This document shows positions 38,160 through 51,864 of a DNA stretch of 64,000 nucleotides, in pieces (position 1 is the first letter of the stretch; each line of letters opens with the position of its first letter). A program made the translations under genes and the position numbers. The stretch comes from Octopus vulgaris (Eukaryota): contig OX597815.1 in the NCBI GenBank assembly GCA_951406725.2, positions 30,504,001 to 30,568,000 of the forward strand, written 5' to 3'. The notes under the pieces were generated by a model. That model saw only the letters and a program-made list of their open reading frames with translations, searched no databases and had not been told where the DNA came from.

Positions 38160-38455
38160 GTTTGTTCCTTCTCGAGCCACGCCTAGCTCATAGGGCCGGT
38201 TTCCCGGTTTCCTTGGCCTATAGGTTCCCCACCTGGACGGGACGCCGGTCCATCGCATGTGTGTTGCAAGATGCAGGAGGAAAGAGTGAGAGAAAGTTGT
38301 GGCGAAAGAGTCAGCAGAAATTCGCTATTACCTTCTGTTGGAGCCGCGTTGAGATTAGGTGTTTCGCTAATCACACATATCGCCCGGTCTGAGATTCGAA
38401 ACCACGATCCCTCTACCGCAAGTCCGCTGCTCTAACCACTAGGCCATGTGCCTCC
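38160..38455 (-). mobile_element. tRNA-derived SINE (head plus body X plus tail T1)
   Basis: Reverse complement reads ggaggcacatggcctagtggttagagcagcggac...ggtttcgaatc, ending in a (CAA)n-like tail. Confidence 0.85.
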
Positions 38456-40899
38456 ACTCGCAATAAAATGTACAAATGTTATAACTTATTGGAACTTAGA
38501 GTAACGCTGTCATTGCTGGCTTGTATTCCGAGAGACAGCATACTCTTGATGGTAAGAAAATACGTCCTATCAACAGCTGATATTCTACTCAACACTTCGA
38601 GTTTGGTTATAAAAACATAACGAACGTTCAAAAGATTTTGCTTTGGAACTATTCGATTGATTGCATATAGTTTTCCATAGGAGGGGAGCATTTGCGTCAA
38701 TGGTAACTGTCATTAGTAGAACTGTGATGAACAAATTGTGAACTGTTGGAATCTTATTTGAGGTCACAAGTCTCCAGTGATATTACTGCTCATACATGCA
38801 TGCAATAGTAAACACACATACATACACATAGAAGCACACGCATAGAAACACACATACACTCACATACATGCACGTACGTGCTAATACATAGACTGAGAGA
38901 AATAAAAGCAGACATGAATATACATATTTTAAGCGTCATATTTTTTCAAATTCCATTTGACACACACACAGACACACACAGAGACACTCACGCACACCCA
39001 CGCACACACACACACACACACAGACAAGCACGCGCGCACACACACATGTACACGCACGCAAAAAATACTAATCACCTGACTTGGAATTGAACCAGAGTTC
39101 ACGTGCTAAACCAAAATCATAAACATTGCACAACTCTTTCTCGTTCTCTCTCTCTCTATGCTGGTATCAGTATGAACACATAAATATATATGCGTGAGTA
39201 TGTATGTATTTATGTATATGTATATATATATATATGTGTGTGTGTGTGTATGTATATATATATGTATTTGTGTGTGTGTGTGTGTGTGTGTGTGCATGTG
39301 TGTTTGGATTCAAGTAATCCGGTAGTACTCATATATGTATTCCTCACCAGGACACGCTGATGTATACACGTTTGTGCCTGTGTATACATATGTGTATATG
39401 TGTGTATGTGTGTGTGTATGTGTGTATGTGTGTGTGTGTTTATGTCTGTGTGTATGTATGTATATTCTGTTTTCCATATGGTGTTTAGGTATCGTTTTAA
39501 TTGAAGTGTGTGACTATTCTATGTCCCAAAAATTACCGGCAGCAAGACAAGAACCTTTACAACGCTCCTACATCCCAACGCCTCTACCATTACGAATAAA
39601 AGCGCTAATAACATCCTCATCATCAGCAGCAACAACATCAACTAGAACTCCAGGATAAAGTGGCGTGTCATGTTTAAGGAACTTATCAGATATGCTCTGT
39701 GAGTTGTTTCCCTGTAAGATATCAAACATAACGTTGATTAGGTTTGCATGTATGTTTATATAGACAGCGCCATAAGCACGGTATCTGGCGTCCAGCGAAG
39801 TAAGAAGTGAAGATAAAAAAAAAAAAAAAAATGATTAAGTAAGTAGAAAAGAATGAAAAATCTTTGACAAACGTAGTGATACGCTCTGATTAGACGGCAA
39901 AAGATAGAATGGAAAAGAAGCATTAGAGTGACGAAGGAACGGATATTAAGAAAACAGAGAGAAAAGAACGTCCGTGATAGAAAGTGGAAGAAACGGACAC
40001 GAAGTAACACAAAGAAAAAATACAAATCTGAAAGAAGGGAAAGTATTTGAGTAAGAAATACCGGCAGAAAAAAATGTCTCAAAGATAATATACATACATA
40101 CCTACATACATACATACATACATACATACATACATACAGACAGACAGACAGACAGACATGCATACATACATATACATATATATATAAATATATATATATG
40201 TATATATATATATACATATGTATAGATATATGCATGTGCATATATATGTTTATATGTATGTATGTATGTATTAATGTATGAATGACAGTGACAGGATGAG
40301 AAATATCTATCATAAAGACGAGCGTAAAACTACGGAATTAGTAAAAATATATATGAAAAAATCCCGATAAGAAATGAGGAAAATTCAACGATAGGGTGGG
40401 GTGGGGGAAACAGAGATTTCTTCTGATTCAGAAAATGTATTCTATTCTTATTTCTTTGAAAACGTTTTTTATGCCATTTATTTTTCATTTCATAATTTTC
40501 CTTATTTCCCTTCTAAAATCAGAACTGTTTCCAAACCTCGATTACTATGTTTTCTTATGGTCTCATGTAAAGTACATTATGGGAGCCAGCCCTTACTTCT
40601 AATAGACCAGCGTCTTAAAATATAGGAGAGTAAAAAAAAGGAAGAAACAGGCGATGCAATGTTCATACATTATTGATGTACATGAACCAAATTAGTTACA
40701 ATCGGAAACAGAAACTGAATAACGAATTTTGTAAACCAAAACCTCCTCGGCACTCATCAGTCCATTGCTATCTGATTAAGTTAAAGCCATGTTACTTGAG
40801 GGGAAGGTATGTACAAATAGGAACTAATTATATATATGCAACATGACATAATCATAAATATATATTACGCATAAATATATATTCCACGCCCTCACTTGG

Positions 40900-40986
<87 letters not shown>

Positions 40987-41003
40987 GTCTGTCTGTCTGT
41001 CTA

Positions 41004-41034
<31 letters not shown>

Positions 41035-41035
41035 G
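40900..41035. repeat. (TCTA)n/(TCTG)n microsatellite
   Basis: Direct reading of the sequence. Confidence 0.97.
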
Positions 41036-41089
41036 ACTGTCTTACTGTGTTTATGTGTGTGTGTGTGTTTAATTTTATTTCTTAGATCT

Positions 41090-41700
41090 TTTTTTAGCCG
41101 GAAAACGATGGTTTCAAACAGAGTTTCTGTAATAGAATCTGGATAACACAAACTGTAAATATTGCATAATGAACTTTAATAAAATTTTACATATATTTAT
41201 GTGCCACCCATAGAACAAATTTGCAAAATCTGTGATAGCCACTCACTTTCTTTACCCACAAATCCTAAGTTTTACGAGATTGTTACTTAAAAACTTACTA
41301 ACACCACCAAGTGTATCAATAATTATGGTTATAACTGCAAAAATTTATAATCAAACATGGAAGATGCAGATTTTGAAGAGGTTGTCCACACATTTTTGCT
41401 GTTTTTCATTTCGGACGTGATACTGACATCTATATGTTAGGTAACCTCAATGAATATACACGATTTTTCTTCACCCTGCCAAATAGATATATCAGACCTG
41501 TCATGTTCGCTCTTGGCAGAAGTTGTGATGAGAATGAACACCAAATAATCTTTATCCTGATATACATGTATTCCATAAAGTCGGCGTTGTTCATATTCAT
41601 CCCGAGGCAGTCTTTCTTCCGGAGTGAATATTGTACATTTAACGACAACATTATGTTGAACAGGGCGGAAAACAGAGTAAACAATCGATGAAGACAAACG
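41090..41700 (-). mobile_element. Degraded REL-LINE C-terminal fragment
   Basis: ORF 41437-41697 reads QHNVVVK...HDRSDISIWQGEEKSCIFIEVT (decayed RHN...RPDI..IEV), and further on IIIDTLGGVSKFL. Confidence 0.7.
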
Positions 41701-42220
41701 TCAAGGGCCGTTAGGCCAGCTGCTGTTCAATAAAGTTTTCCTATATTGTCATTGAAAGCTCGAAATAGGGAGTAATTAACAATCGACAACTGAGGAGGGG
41801 TTACACTTCTTGTGGTATTTTGTCTCCTTCTTGTCTCTCATTATGTGTTAACGCATTTTTACTCGTTGGTGATGTCCTGTTCTTATTGTATATTTTTTGG
41901 TAATTTGTCCTGTACTTATCGCTCGTGTGTCCACCTAGTTTTCACTCGTTGGTGATGTCCTGTAATTGATGTATTTCATATGTATTTATTTATAATCGAA
42001 CGCCACTCAGCTTTGTCCGCAGTAAGTTTTTACTTTATATATATACGAGGTGGCGTCATTCGAAGGCTAAAACAATGCGAACGCATTGTGACCAGCGATG
42101 TGTAACAACATCTGATGGTCTGGTCGGTCATGTGATCACGTGATATATATATGTATAAAAAATATATATAAAACTACAAAATGGGACAAGAACGCAAGAC
42201 ATTCAAATAGACGATACAAA

Positions 42221-42269
<49 letters not shown>

Positions 42270-42634
42270 GATGCAACAATGTAACTCAATAGCCGAATAT
42301 ATGACTTAGGAAAATTTTCTAAGTTTGATGATTAGCAGGCACACAAACTCTCGAACAATGAGTCACTTACTTAACATACCAAAACACACACACACACAGA
42401 CACAGACACGCACGCACGCCACACACTCACACATACACGCCTCACAACCCCACACGCACACACACATACACACTCATATACATTTAAGCATTTAGCATTA
42501 TTTTTCTCTTCTGGTCGTTCTATGAAACATGTGTGAGTGTATGTATGTCTGCATATGTATGTGTGTATGTATGCCTCTCTCTCTGTCTCTCTGCATATAG
42601 GTGTACATACATACAAACACACATATACAGACAC

Positions 42635-42682
<48 letters not shown>

Positions 42683-43025
42683 TTATATATATGATTCAAC
42701 GGTTTTCAGGATAATTGTAAAATCTGTATATGGCACTTTAAACTCGGCAGCATAGGAATCCCTTCTTTTTACAATTTGGTATTGAGTTTCCACTTATGCA
42801 TCTTTGTTTATAGACAATACCTGGCAAAAAAATCTGCACATGGGTTTTCGCAGAGACCTTGGTCGTAAAAGGACAATTGTTTACGTATAAGCTAATATAT
42901 ATCACACACGATACAATGCAAACTGACGTATGTGTATTACGTTTCCTCGAAATGCTAATTTATAATTTTTTTTTCACATTCTTAGATACTTGCATACGCA
43001 TATTTTCGCATGCATACATATATAC

Positions 43026-43056
<31 letters not shown>

Positions 43057-43119
43057 TGTATGTATGTATGTATGTATGTATGTATGTATGTATGTATGTA
43101 TGTATGCATGTATGTATGC

Positions 43120-43153
<34 letters not shown>

Positions 43154-43266
43154 GATGAAGAAAAATAGATTTAGCACTAGTCTTTAGTCAGTAAGACCCT
43201 CGTTTCGACCCATCCTGCAACTATCCGTTACGGGTGGGATATTGTGCATCTAATTGTGTAGCATCA

Positions 43267-43321
<55 letters not shown>

Positions 43322-43598
43322 AGGAGCACTCCGACGGTTACGACGACGACAGTCCCAGCTGATACGATCAACAGAACAGCTTGCTTGTGAAATTAACGTG
43401 CAAGTGGCTGAGCACTCGACAGACACGTATACTCCTAACGTAGTTCTGAGGGGGATTCAACGTGACACAGACTGTGACAAGGCTGGCCTTTTGAAATACA
43501 GGAGCAACGTGAAATAAAGTATCTTGCTCAAGAACACAACGCATCGCCGGGAATTGAACTCACGACCTTACAATCGTGAGCCGAATGCCCTAACCACG
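43322..43598 (-). mobile_element. tRNA-derived SINE (head plus CORE-like body plus tail T4)
   Basis: Reverse complement reads gtggttagggcattcggctcacgattgtaaggtcgtgagttcaattcccggcg...gttgtgttcttgagcaag. Paralogous to 49875-50185. Confidence 0.8.
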
Positions 43599-43604
43599 CT
43601 TATA

Positions 43605-43656
<52 letters not shown>

Positions 43657-43773
43657 TTATATTATAGATAAATCCTTCTATTTACATAATATCGAGGTAT
43701 CATTCATTCTTTTGCTGTCATATTATTATTAATACATATACATCTACATATGCATACATACATATATACATAC

Positions 43774-43847
<74 letters not shown>

Positions 43848-44219
43848 ATGCATATGTGTGTGTATGCGTATGTGTCTGTGTGTGTGTGTGCGTTTCTGGT
43901 CATACGCTTCTGTCGCAGTGCGCAGCATACCCTTCACTAAATCTGAGCAACGATCATTTCTAACAGAGGAATCAGATCACTTCACTTTTCTACCCAAAAT
44001 TTAGACTCCTTATAGTATACTTTAGATGAAGCCCTGTACTTAAAACACATCGACTGTCCTTTCTGTTTTGTATTCATCTACCGATATTTATGTTTACTTT
44101 AACAACGTGTCTAAATCTTTCTCTCTTTTCCTTCTGTCTCTTTACATGATATATATATATACACATACATAAACATATAGATGTGCGTTGCTGTATATGT
44201 GCGTTTGAATATATTGGCA

Positions 44220-44295
<76 letters not shown>
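44220..44295. repeat. (TCTA)n, 5' flank of the Tx1 element
   Basis: Direct reading of the sequence. Confidence 0.98.
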
Positions 44296-44297
<2 letters not shown>

Positions 44298-46427
44298 AGA
44301 CAGGGTAGTTAACGAACCTTGCATGGGTGGGGCCCTGATCAACTTGGATCAATCGAAAGCCTTTGATAGGGTAGACCATCGATACTTGGGGGCGGTCCTG
44401 AGAGCGGCTGGTTTCGGTCCCGTTTTCCGCGGCTGGATAGCTGCCTTGTACAGAGGCATCCGTTCGGTAATTCGCGTAAATGGACATCTATCGAGACCTT
44501 TCGACATTGCACGTTCGGTCCGTCAGGGATGCCCCCTCTCGGCGCTTCTATACGTATTGACTCTTGAGCCACTACTGCGGAAGCTGGCGACTCTAAGGGG
44601 CATCCCGCGAGAATTGGGATGCGGGACGAGCGTGTCTGCATACGCGGACGACGTCACCGTCATAGTGTCAAGCCACGAGCACATCGAGCTGGTCGGTGAG
44701 ACACTGAAAAACTACGAAGCGGTGACAGGAGCGAAAATCAACCGGGAAAAGTCAGTGGGCTTGCGACTAGGCACCTGGAGAAGCAAGCCCATGCCGTCCA
44801 CCAGCGCCTCCGTCGTGGGACGCTGGACCGACGGCCCGGTTGAGTTGCTCGGGGTCTGGTTTGGTCCGGACCTCCAAGTGGAGAAGAACTGGAACGAGAT
44901 AACGAGTAGGGTGGTCACTCTCGCCCGGCAATGGGCCGAGAGGAAACTGTCCCTAAAAGGTCGAGCGGAGGTGGCGAACACGTACATCGCGTCCGTCATC
45001 TACTACCGCCTGACCGTCGTACCTTGTCCCGACCCTACCATCACCAAACTACAACGCATCCTCTTTCGCTTCTTGTGGAAAGGATGCGTCCCGATGGTCA
45101 GGCGATCCATTTGCTGTCAACACCCGTTAAAAGGAGGGCTGGGCATGCCGTGGTTGATGATGCGCAGACACGCGCTGAGACTGCGACATCTCTGGCTCTA
45201 TGTAGACGACGGTGAACAGGTGTGGTCGCCGTTTGTGAGGCACGCTTTCCCGCAGCTCGTCTCCATGACCGAACTGCAGTCGTGGATCAAAAAGAGGCCG
45301 AGGAAGGGCGAATGGCACCGCGAGTGTCGCGTTGCTCTCAAGCAACTCTGCCGTCCTGGGTCGACCTTAAGTGACTTCAACACAACCAAAGCATTCTATA
45401 GGGGTTTAGTGGAGGGGAGGTACGACGACGAGCTCGGGGCGAACCTGGACGTCGACGAGGAGTACCTGACCCGCCTGTTCAGGACGACTTTCGGGCCAGG
45501 GCCCATGGACAACTTCCAGAGATCCCTGGCCTGGCAGTGCTACCGAGAAGCGCTACCCGTTCGGGATAAGCTCTACAGACACGGCTCGAGAAACACGGGG
45601 CCGACCTGCCCGAGATGCGGTCAGAGCGACGAAACCGTTCTGCACGCACTCGTTCAGTGTCCAACAATTTCCGACCTGTGGGCTTATGTCGAACAACTGC
45701 TGTCACGTGTGGGACGAGTCGGTTTATCAGCTGAGTCTATCGTCAATATTGTCACGCCTCCTTCCTTCAAACGGGAAGGAAGAGCTATTTTCATCATCCT
45801 TGTGGCTATGGCGAAAGAATGTATCTGGTGGACGCGTCTGAAAGGATTGGAGACAAACACTTTCCTCTCTGGTCAATCTCTCATCAACTTCTTCAAGTAC
45901 CACTTGAAAAGGAAAGTGAGAGTAGAGAGGCAAGTTTTGTCTAGCGAATGTTTTAAAAAAAGATGGGTGAATGTAGCAAGAATGGCACGTATGAATGACG
46001 AAGCCACCTTGAGCATAGTCCTATGAACCCAGAAATCGAAAACAGAGAGTTGCTTATTTGCAAAAAAAAAAAAAAAAAAAAAAAAGAAATATAAAATGTG
46101 ACTTCATTGACCGAGGTTACCGTGGTCTTTTCCGTAGGCTTTTCTTTCCACGGGTAAACCTCACCTGTCCTCCCCTTTACACTTCATATTGACATTTCTG
46201 TGATAACGATCCCTATTGATCAATTTTTTTTTTTTTTTTTTTTTCCTCTCCCCCTTTTTTTTAACCCCCTTTTTTTGTCCTCCTTCTCTCCTTTTACGAT
46301 CCCTTTTGATCGAAACTCCCCCTTACTTTTTTTTTTTTTTTTTTTTTTTTTTAAACATTCAAAAGAAAAGCTCTACCTTGTAATTTGTTCTATCTGTGTG
46401 CAGCCCTGTGTGGCTAATAAAGAAACA
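44296..46427 (+). mobile_element. Young 5'-truncated Tx1/L1-clade non-LTR retrotransposon
   Basis: GC-rich uninterrupted ORF2 half, a ~400-nt 3' UTR with A, T and C tracts and a hairpin near 46113-46162, and AATAAA at 46416-46421. (TCTA)n follows in place of poly(A). Confidence 0.93.
44323..46026 (+). CDS. ORF2 reverse transcriptase, C-terminal 567 aa (RT plus zf-RVT). The frame is open from 44296, and the endonuclease and RT N-terminus were lost by truncation.
   Basis: LDQSKAFDRVDH, SVRQGCPLSALLY, SAYADD, GAKINREKS, LSLKGRA, GGLGMP and CPRCGQSDETVLHALVQC: the Tx1/L1 ORF2 motif series. Confidence 0.93.
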   Translation: MGGALINLDQSKAFDRVDHRYLGAVLRAAGFGPVFRGWIAALYRGIRSVIRVNGHLSRPFDIARSVRQGCPLSALLYVLTLEPLLRKLATLRGIPRELGCGTSVSAYADDVTVIVSSHEHIELVGETLKNYEAVTGAKINREKSVGLRLGTWRSKPMPSTSASVVGRWTDGPVELLGVWFGPDLQVEKNWNEITSRVVTLARQWAERKLSLKGRAEVANTYIASVIYYRLTVVPCPDPTITKLQRILFRFLWKGCVPMVRRSICCQHPLKGGLGMPWLMMRRHALRLRHLWLYVDDGEQVWSPFVRHAFPQLVSMTELQSWIKKRPRKGEWHRECRVALKQLCRPGSTLSDFNTTKAFYRGLVEGRYDDELGANLDVDEEYLTRLFRTTFGPGPMDNFQRSLAWQCYREALPVRDKLYRHGSRNTGPTCPRCGQSDETVLHALVQCPTISDLWAYVEQLLSRVGRVGLSAESIVNIVTPPSFKREGRAIFIILVAMAKECIWWTRLKGLETNTFLSGQSLINFFKYHLKRKVRVERQVLSSECFKKRWVNVARMARMNDEATLSIVL

Positions 46428-46770
<343 letters not shown>

Positions 46771-46968
46771 ATACACAGATATACGTACACTCACAAACAA
46801 ACACTCATATACATACACGCACTCATATACTCACACGCGCGCATACATACATACATACATATATGCATACACACATACATACACACATACATATACACAT
46901 ACATACATATATGCATACATACATGCATACATACATACATACACAGATATACATATATACAGACACAC

Positions 46969-47012
<44 letters not shown>

Positions 47013-49639
47013 TCTATGGGTGTTTATTTACATTTTAAATGTGCAAATGTAATCAATTTATGTATCAATAAGATATATATATATTTATATATTCAAAGGA
47101 TATATAAACAATGTATTTTCAAACATCACATACAAATGATGAAGAAATTGAGAGTATATAAATGTTTAATATAAATATTATTTGAAAGTGAATATTTATG
47201 TCATTCACAGGCAGTGGTTCTGACCTGGAAAATATATACACAAACTAGATATTCTCCAATATCAAGTTAACTCCTTCAAATTTCTTGAGGTCAAATTGCA
47301 TCTGGGTTTGTAATAAAATTTCAATGCACACATTAGTAAACTTTATACATGTTCACTGAATGCATGGATTAATAAAATATCATTTTCATATATAATCATT
47401 GATTGTATCAATATATGCGTATTCATGCATTCCTGAGGAAACGCCAGAACCTCTCTGAACTACAGAACATGTCGAATTGAAACGAAGATTATTTTATATG
47501 CTGGATGCTATATTCTCGCTGTCACATTCTATCTAGAAGTAAACGTTTAGCGTCGAGAAGGGGTTACCTTCACCATAATAAATTGTGAAAATATTGTATG
47601 TTAAACCAAATATCTTATTACTGAACTGCTTTGAAATAATCTATTTCTCTTTGGCGAAGGTGTGAGAGAGAGTACCCAAGGCTTTAGTATATCCCCACCA
47701 GAGTCACCTTTTGAGAAGGAGACTTCTTATGGGAATGCAATGTGAAACCACTTCTAACCATTCTGATCTAGTGATACTTCGGTCTCAATCAACCCATTAT
47801 GCCTCAGTCGATACGTCTGGATTAAGAAGAAACGAAAGTTTCTTTGGAATATATTGTCTGAGAGCGTATTTCAAACAAAAGAAAGTACAGTTTTTATCAT
47901 TATACTTCCACTTCACAAATTGTATTGAAGAACAGTTTTTTTCATTTATATTTCAATGTGTAGCTGCTTAAATTTCACAGATAAACCAAATAAAAATCTC
48001 CATTCACTGATCTACAAACTGCGTTTTCCAACAGTCTTAGTACATTTCGTTTTGTAAAGATTTCTAATTAGACTGCACTCCCCAAGTATCTATTGTTTGA
48101 GGGATATTTCCCCATTAAGTATCGCCTATTAACTAGACATTTCAATTAATTTACCTGCTATGAAGCAATTATTAACTGCAAACAATATTACTCTTGGCAA
48201 TCCTATCTCCTCAGAACAGTTTTTTTTAACAATCAAAAGCTTTATTTAGAATACAAATAACAATAGATCATTATGATGACAAATACTCGAAACAAAAATC
48301 ACATACTTCAAAATCACAAATGCATAATGAAAAAAAAATCTAATAGTAACAATTTTCTGAACACTTTTAATGGAACATTTACAAATCTGCAAGCAGATTG
48401 TAAAATTGTATTGATTTTAAGATATAAGACAAATTTATTTGTTGATATTTAATAAGGATTAATTACTTCAAACGTCTTTCTAATCAACCAATAACTATCA
48501 ATTAACTATATGACCACCAAAATAATTTTATTTACTCTCTTAAACCATTCATGAATACATTCATGACTACCGTATGTTACAATACAACAGTAACATAAGT
48601 ATTATTGCTGCAGAAGAAATCACGTGGCAATATAACTTGCAAAATGGCTACACTAACATCTGCAAAGCACATAATTATCTACCATCACGCAAAACTACTA
48701 TGCAAGGTAAACAAAAACGGAGTAAATCGCTTTAACTGCATTATTAAGTCAAACAGCTGCAAATACAATAGGAATGTAAACACTTTGGTCGTAACGTTGC
48801 CAGGAAGCAATGTTGGTCTTGAAAATGAGAAAATAATCTTCTAAGCAAAAATCGCTTTTGATCAGTCGTATATAAGAAATCTAATCGATTTCTACTCGCT
48901 TATCTCCTTGTCGTGGATATATCTGGGTACTTCACGAAGTTGAGAGTACTGAGAAATATATTGCGACAAATATATGTCTAAGATTATAATAATTCATCTA
49001 AACCGCAACATTTATACAAGAACAGAAAAATCATCGTACCCAGTTCGATCTTATTCTATGGTACCTAGAGCGAAAAGTGTTCTACAACAGTTAGTTTTGG
49101 ACTACACAGCGTCTTCTGTTTGGAGACAAAACCTCTAATGAATCATAGTGTACCTATGAGTGTTAGAATGTGTTTGTTTGTCTGCCAATCTCTCTCTCTC
49201 TCTCTCTATCCACCTATCTATCTACACACACACACTCACACGTATAGCCGTATGTGTCTGTGTGTGTGTCTGTGCTTCTGTGTCCCTGCGATACGCGTAT
49301 ATGTGTGTACCATGGTGGTAAATAGTGGCTGCTGAGTTCAATTACAGGGAAACATACAGAATTGTGCCGAATGTATGTATGTATACTTGCATGTATGTAT
49401 GTGTGTGTGTGTGTGTATGTGTGTGTGTGTATATATGTGTGTGTATAATTCTATTGATAGTGACGTTGAAGTTTCGCCAGTCATATATTTCACTCAGTGT
49501 TAGTTTGAATGACTTCTGTATCAGCGAAACGTCGAAACCTCTATCAATTTATTTAGAAATTAAAGACTCTGTGCCAATATTGAGTGCTTTATCCAATATA
49601 CGTCGTTTTATTTTCATAAATCACTCATATTTACTATTT

Positions 49640-49851
49640 TAATTTAATTTAATTTCATTTTATCTAGTTTCAGCTCACGAGCTGTGGCCATGCTGGGGCA
49701 CCGCCATTTGGTGTTGCTATATAATTTTACTTCACGAATGCTTTTTAATAATTACCATTTGGTGCACGAGAGAGTTCGATGCAGCTGCCCTCATCTGCAC
49801 CTCCTGTCGTGAAGTTGGTTCATCTGGGACACCTGACAGGAAGAGATCCAG
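49640..49851 (-). mobile_element. 3' end of a CR1-group LINE
   Basis: Minus strand reads LDLFLSGVPDEPTSRQEVQMRAAASNSLVHQMVIIKKHS*, then 3' UTR ggcggtgccccagcatggccacagctcgtgagctgaaac and an (AAATT)n-like tail. Confidence 0.8.
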
Positions 49852-49874
49852 TATATGTAGATATACGAATAACT

Positions 49875-50185
49875 GGCACTTTATCGGTTACGACGATAGG
49901 GTTTCGAGTTGGTCCGATCAACGGAACAGTTTGCTCGTGAAATTAACGTGCACATGGTTGCCCATGCCACTCACACACTTAACTTTAATGTATTTCTCAG
50001 GGAGATTCAGAGTGCCACGGAATGTGACAAGGCTGACCATATAGACTACAGGTACTTCTCGTTTTTCCCAGCTGAATGAACTGGTACAACTTGAAATAGT
50101 GTTCTGCTCAACACGCCGATGGGTATCGAACTCACCACTTTACGTTCGCGAGCCGAATACCCTAACCACTTAGCCACTGGCCTTC
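49875..50185 (-). mobile_element. tRNA-derived SINE (head plus CORE-like body plus tail T4)
   Basis: Paralogous to 43322-43598, with A-box tggctaagtggttag on the minus strand. Confidence 0.8.
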
Positions 50186-50302
50186 ACACATATACGAACA
50201 CATACACACACACATACACACATACATGCACATTCGTATATGTCATCTGTTCCCTCGTTTTTTCCTCCCCATCCATAGCATAAGAGTGTAGACTTTATAA
50301 TA

Positions 50303-51207
50303 TTCTTTTCTACTCTAAGCCAGCAATTTTGGGGGAGGGAAAGGCCAGTTGATTAGATTGATCTCAGTGCGCAACTGGTACTTAATTTATTGACCCCAAA
50401 AGGATGAAAGGCAAAGTCGACCTTAGGGGAATTTGAACTCAGACGAAATACCACTAAGCATTTCGCCCGGTGTGCTAACGTTTCTGCCAGCTGCCGTCTT
50501 GAGAGACTTTATAATATTCTTTTCTACTCTAGGCACAAGGCCCGAAATTTTGGGGGAGGGGGCCAGTCGATAAGTTCGACACCAGTACGTAACTGGCACT
50601 TAATTCACCGACTCCCGAAAGGATGAAAGGCAAAGTCGACCTCGGTGGAATTTGAACCCAGAACGTAAAGACAGGTAATACCACTAAGCATTTCGCCCGG
50701 CGTGCTAAACACACAGAGGACAAACAGGTACAGACAAGAGGATAAAGTCGATTACATAGATCCCAGTACGTAACTGGTACTTAATTTATCGACCCCGAAA
50801 GGATGAAAGGCAAAGTCAACCTCGGCGGAATTTGAACTCAGAACGTAACAGCAGACGAAATACCTATTTCTTTACTACCCACAAGGGACAAAACACAGAG
50901 AAGACAAACAAGGACAGACAAACGGATTATGTCGATTATATCGAGCCCAGTGCGTAACTGGTACTTAATTCATCGACCCCGAAAGGATGAAAGGCAAAGT
51001 CGACCTCGGCGGAATTTGAACTCAGAACGTAACGGCAGACGAAATACCCATTTCTTTACTACCCACAAGGGACAAAACACAGAGAGGACAGACAAACGGA
51101 TTATGTCGATTATATCGAGCCCAGTGCGTAACTGGTACTTAATTCATCGACCCCGAAAGGATGAAAGGCAAAGTCGACCTCGGCGGAATTTGAACTCAGA
51201 ACGTAAT
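50303..51207 (-). mobile_element. Tandem array of five SINE family A units
   Basis: Five copies of ccccgaaaggatgaaaggcaaagtcgacct. Headless units are joined at gacgaaatac|ctatttcttt (~50863) and gacgaaatac|ccatttcttt (~51048). Confidence 0.92.
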
Positions 51208-51864
51208 TGCAGTTGAATATTGACATTTTAATATTGAAAAATATATCAGGTCTTCTGATTCAGGCTGTATTGAGTATAATTTAGATTTTGTTTACTTAAA
51301 AACAAACCATCAAAAGCTGAAATAAACAAATTTGTCTCTCCAATTATGTGCCAGACTAATTCACATTTTTTTATATAACTGCTGGGCTGTGCTGTTGATC
51401 GAGGTAGGAAGTTTGCTACGTCATCTCCGGGAAGTGGTCAACAAATCGTGCAGCAGTCTGTTAAGGGAACATTTCTTTCTAGCCGCACATCAATTATTTC
51501 AAAAGTCGTTACATTCTTAGTTCACCCACAGTGTCTTCCCAATGTTTATATCAAGTTCATTTCTTCTAAGCAATGATTATATTCATTCCACTTCTTTTTA
51601 TTTACGTTTCGTGTGCGTGTACGCGCGTTTATTCATGTCTATATCTATGTGTACAATTATGAGGAGTTTTGTAGAAATATGTAAGAGACATAAAATACAC
51701 CCCCACAAACATGCACATATATCTATACATGCTTTATACAAATATAATCAATTTGTAGTATTACAACTGTGAATATACATAAATATACATACATACGTAT
51801 ATGCATACTGCCTCAAGTGTGTACAATTACTTTATCTTTTCGGTACATGTACGTGTACCGAGTG

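Noticed and set aside
39764-39799. Possible 36-nt micro-exon (tatag|ACAGCG...GCGAA|gtaag)
   Set aside because: The polypyrimidine tract is weak and there are no partner exons or recognisable peptide. Such motifs are expected by chance in 64 kb.
44323-46026. GC-rich ORF as bacterial contamination, a group II intron/retron RT, or a host gene
   Set aside because: The motifs (QGCPLS, YADD, GGLG, zf-RVT CCHC), 3' UTR and 5' truncation are those of a Tx1/L1 LINE integrated in host microsatellite.
50303-51207. Regularly spaced repeats resembling a CRISPR array
   Set aside because: The units are whole SINE segments with no unique spacers, there are no cas genes, and the context is eukaryotic.
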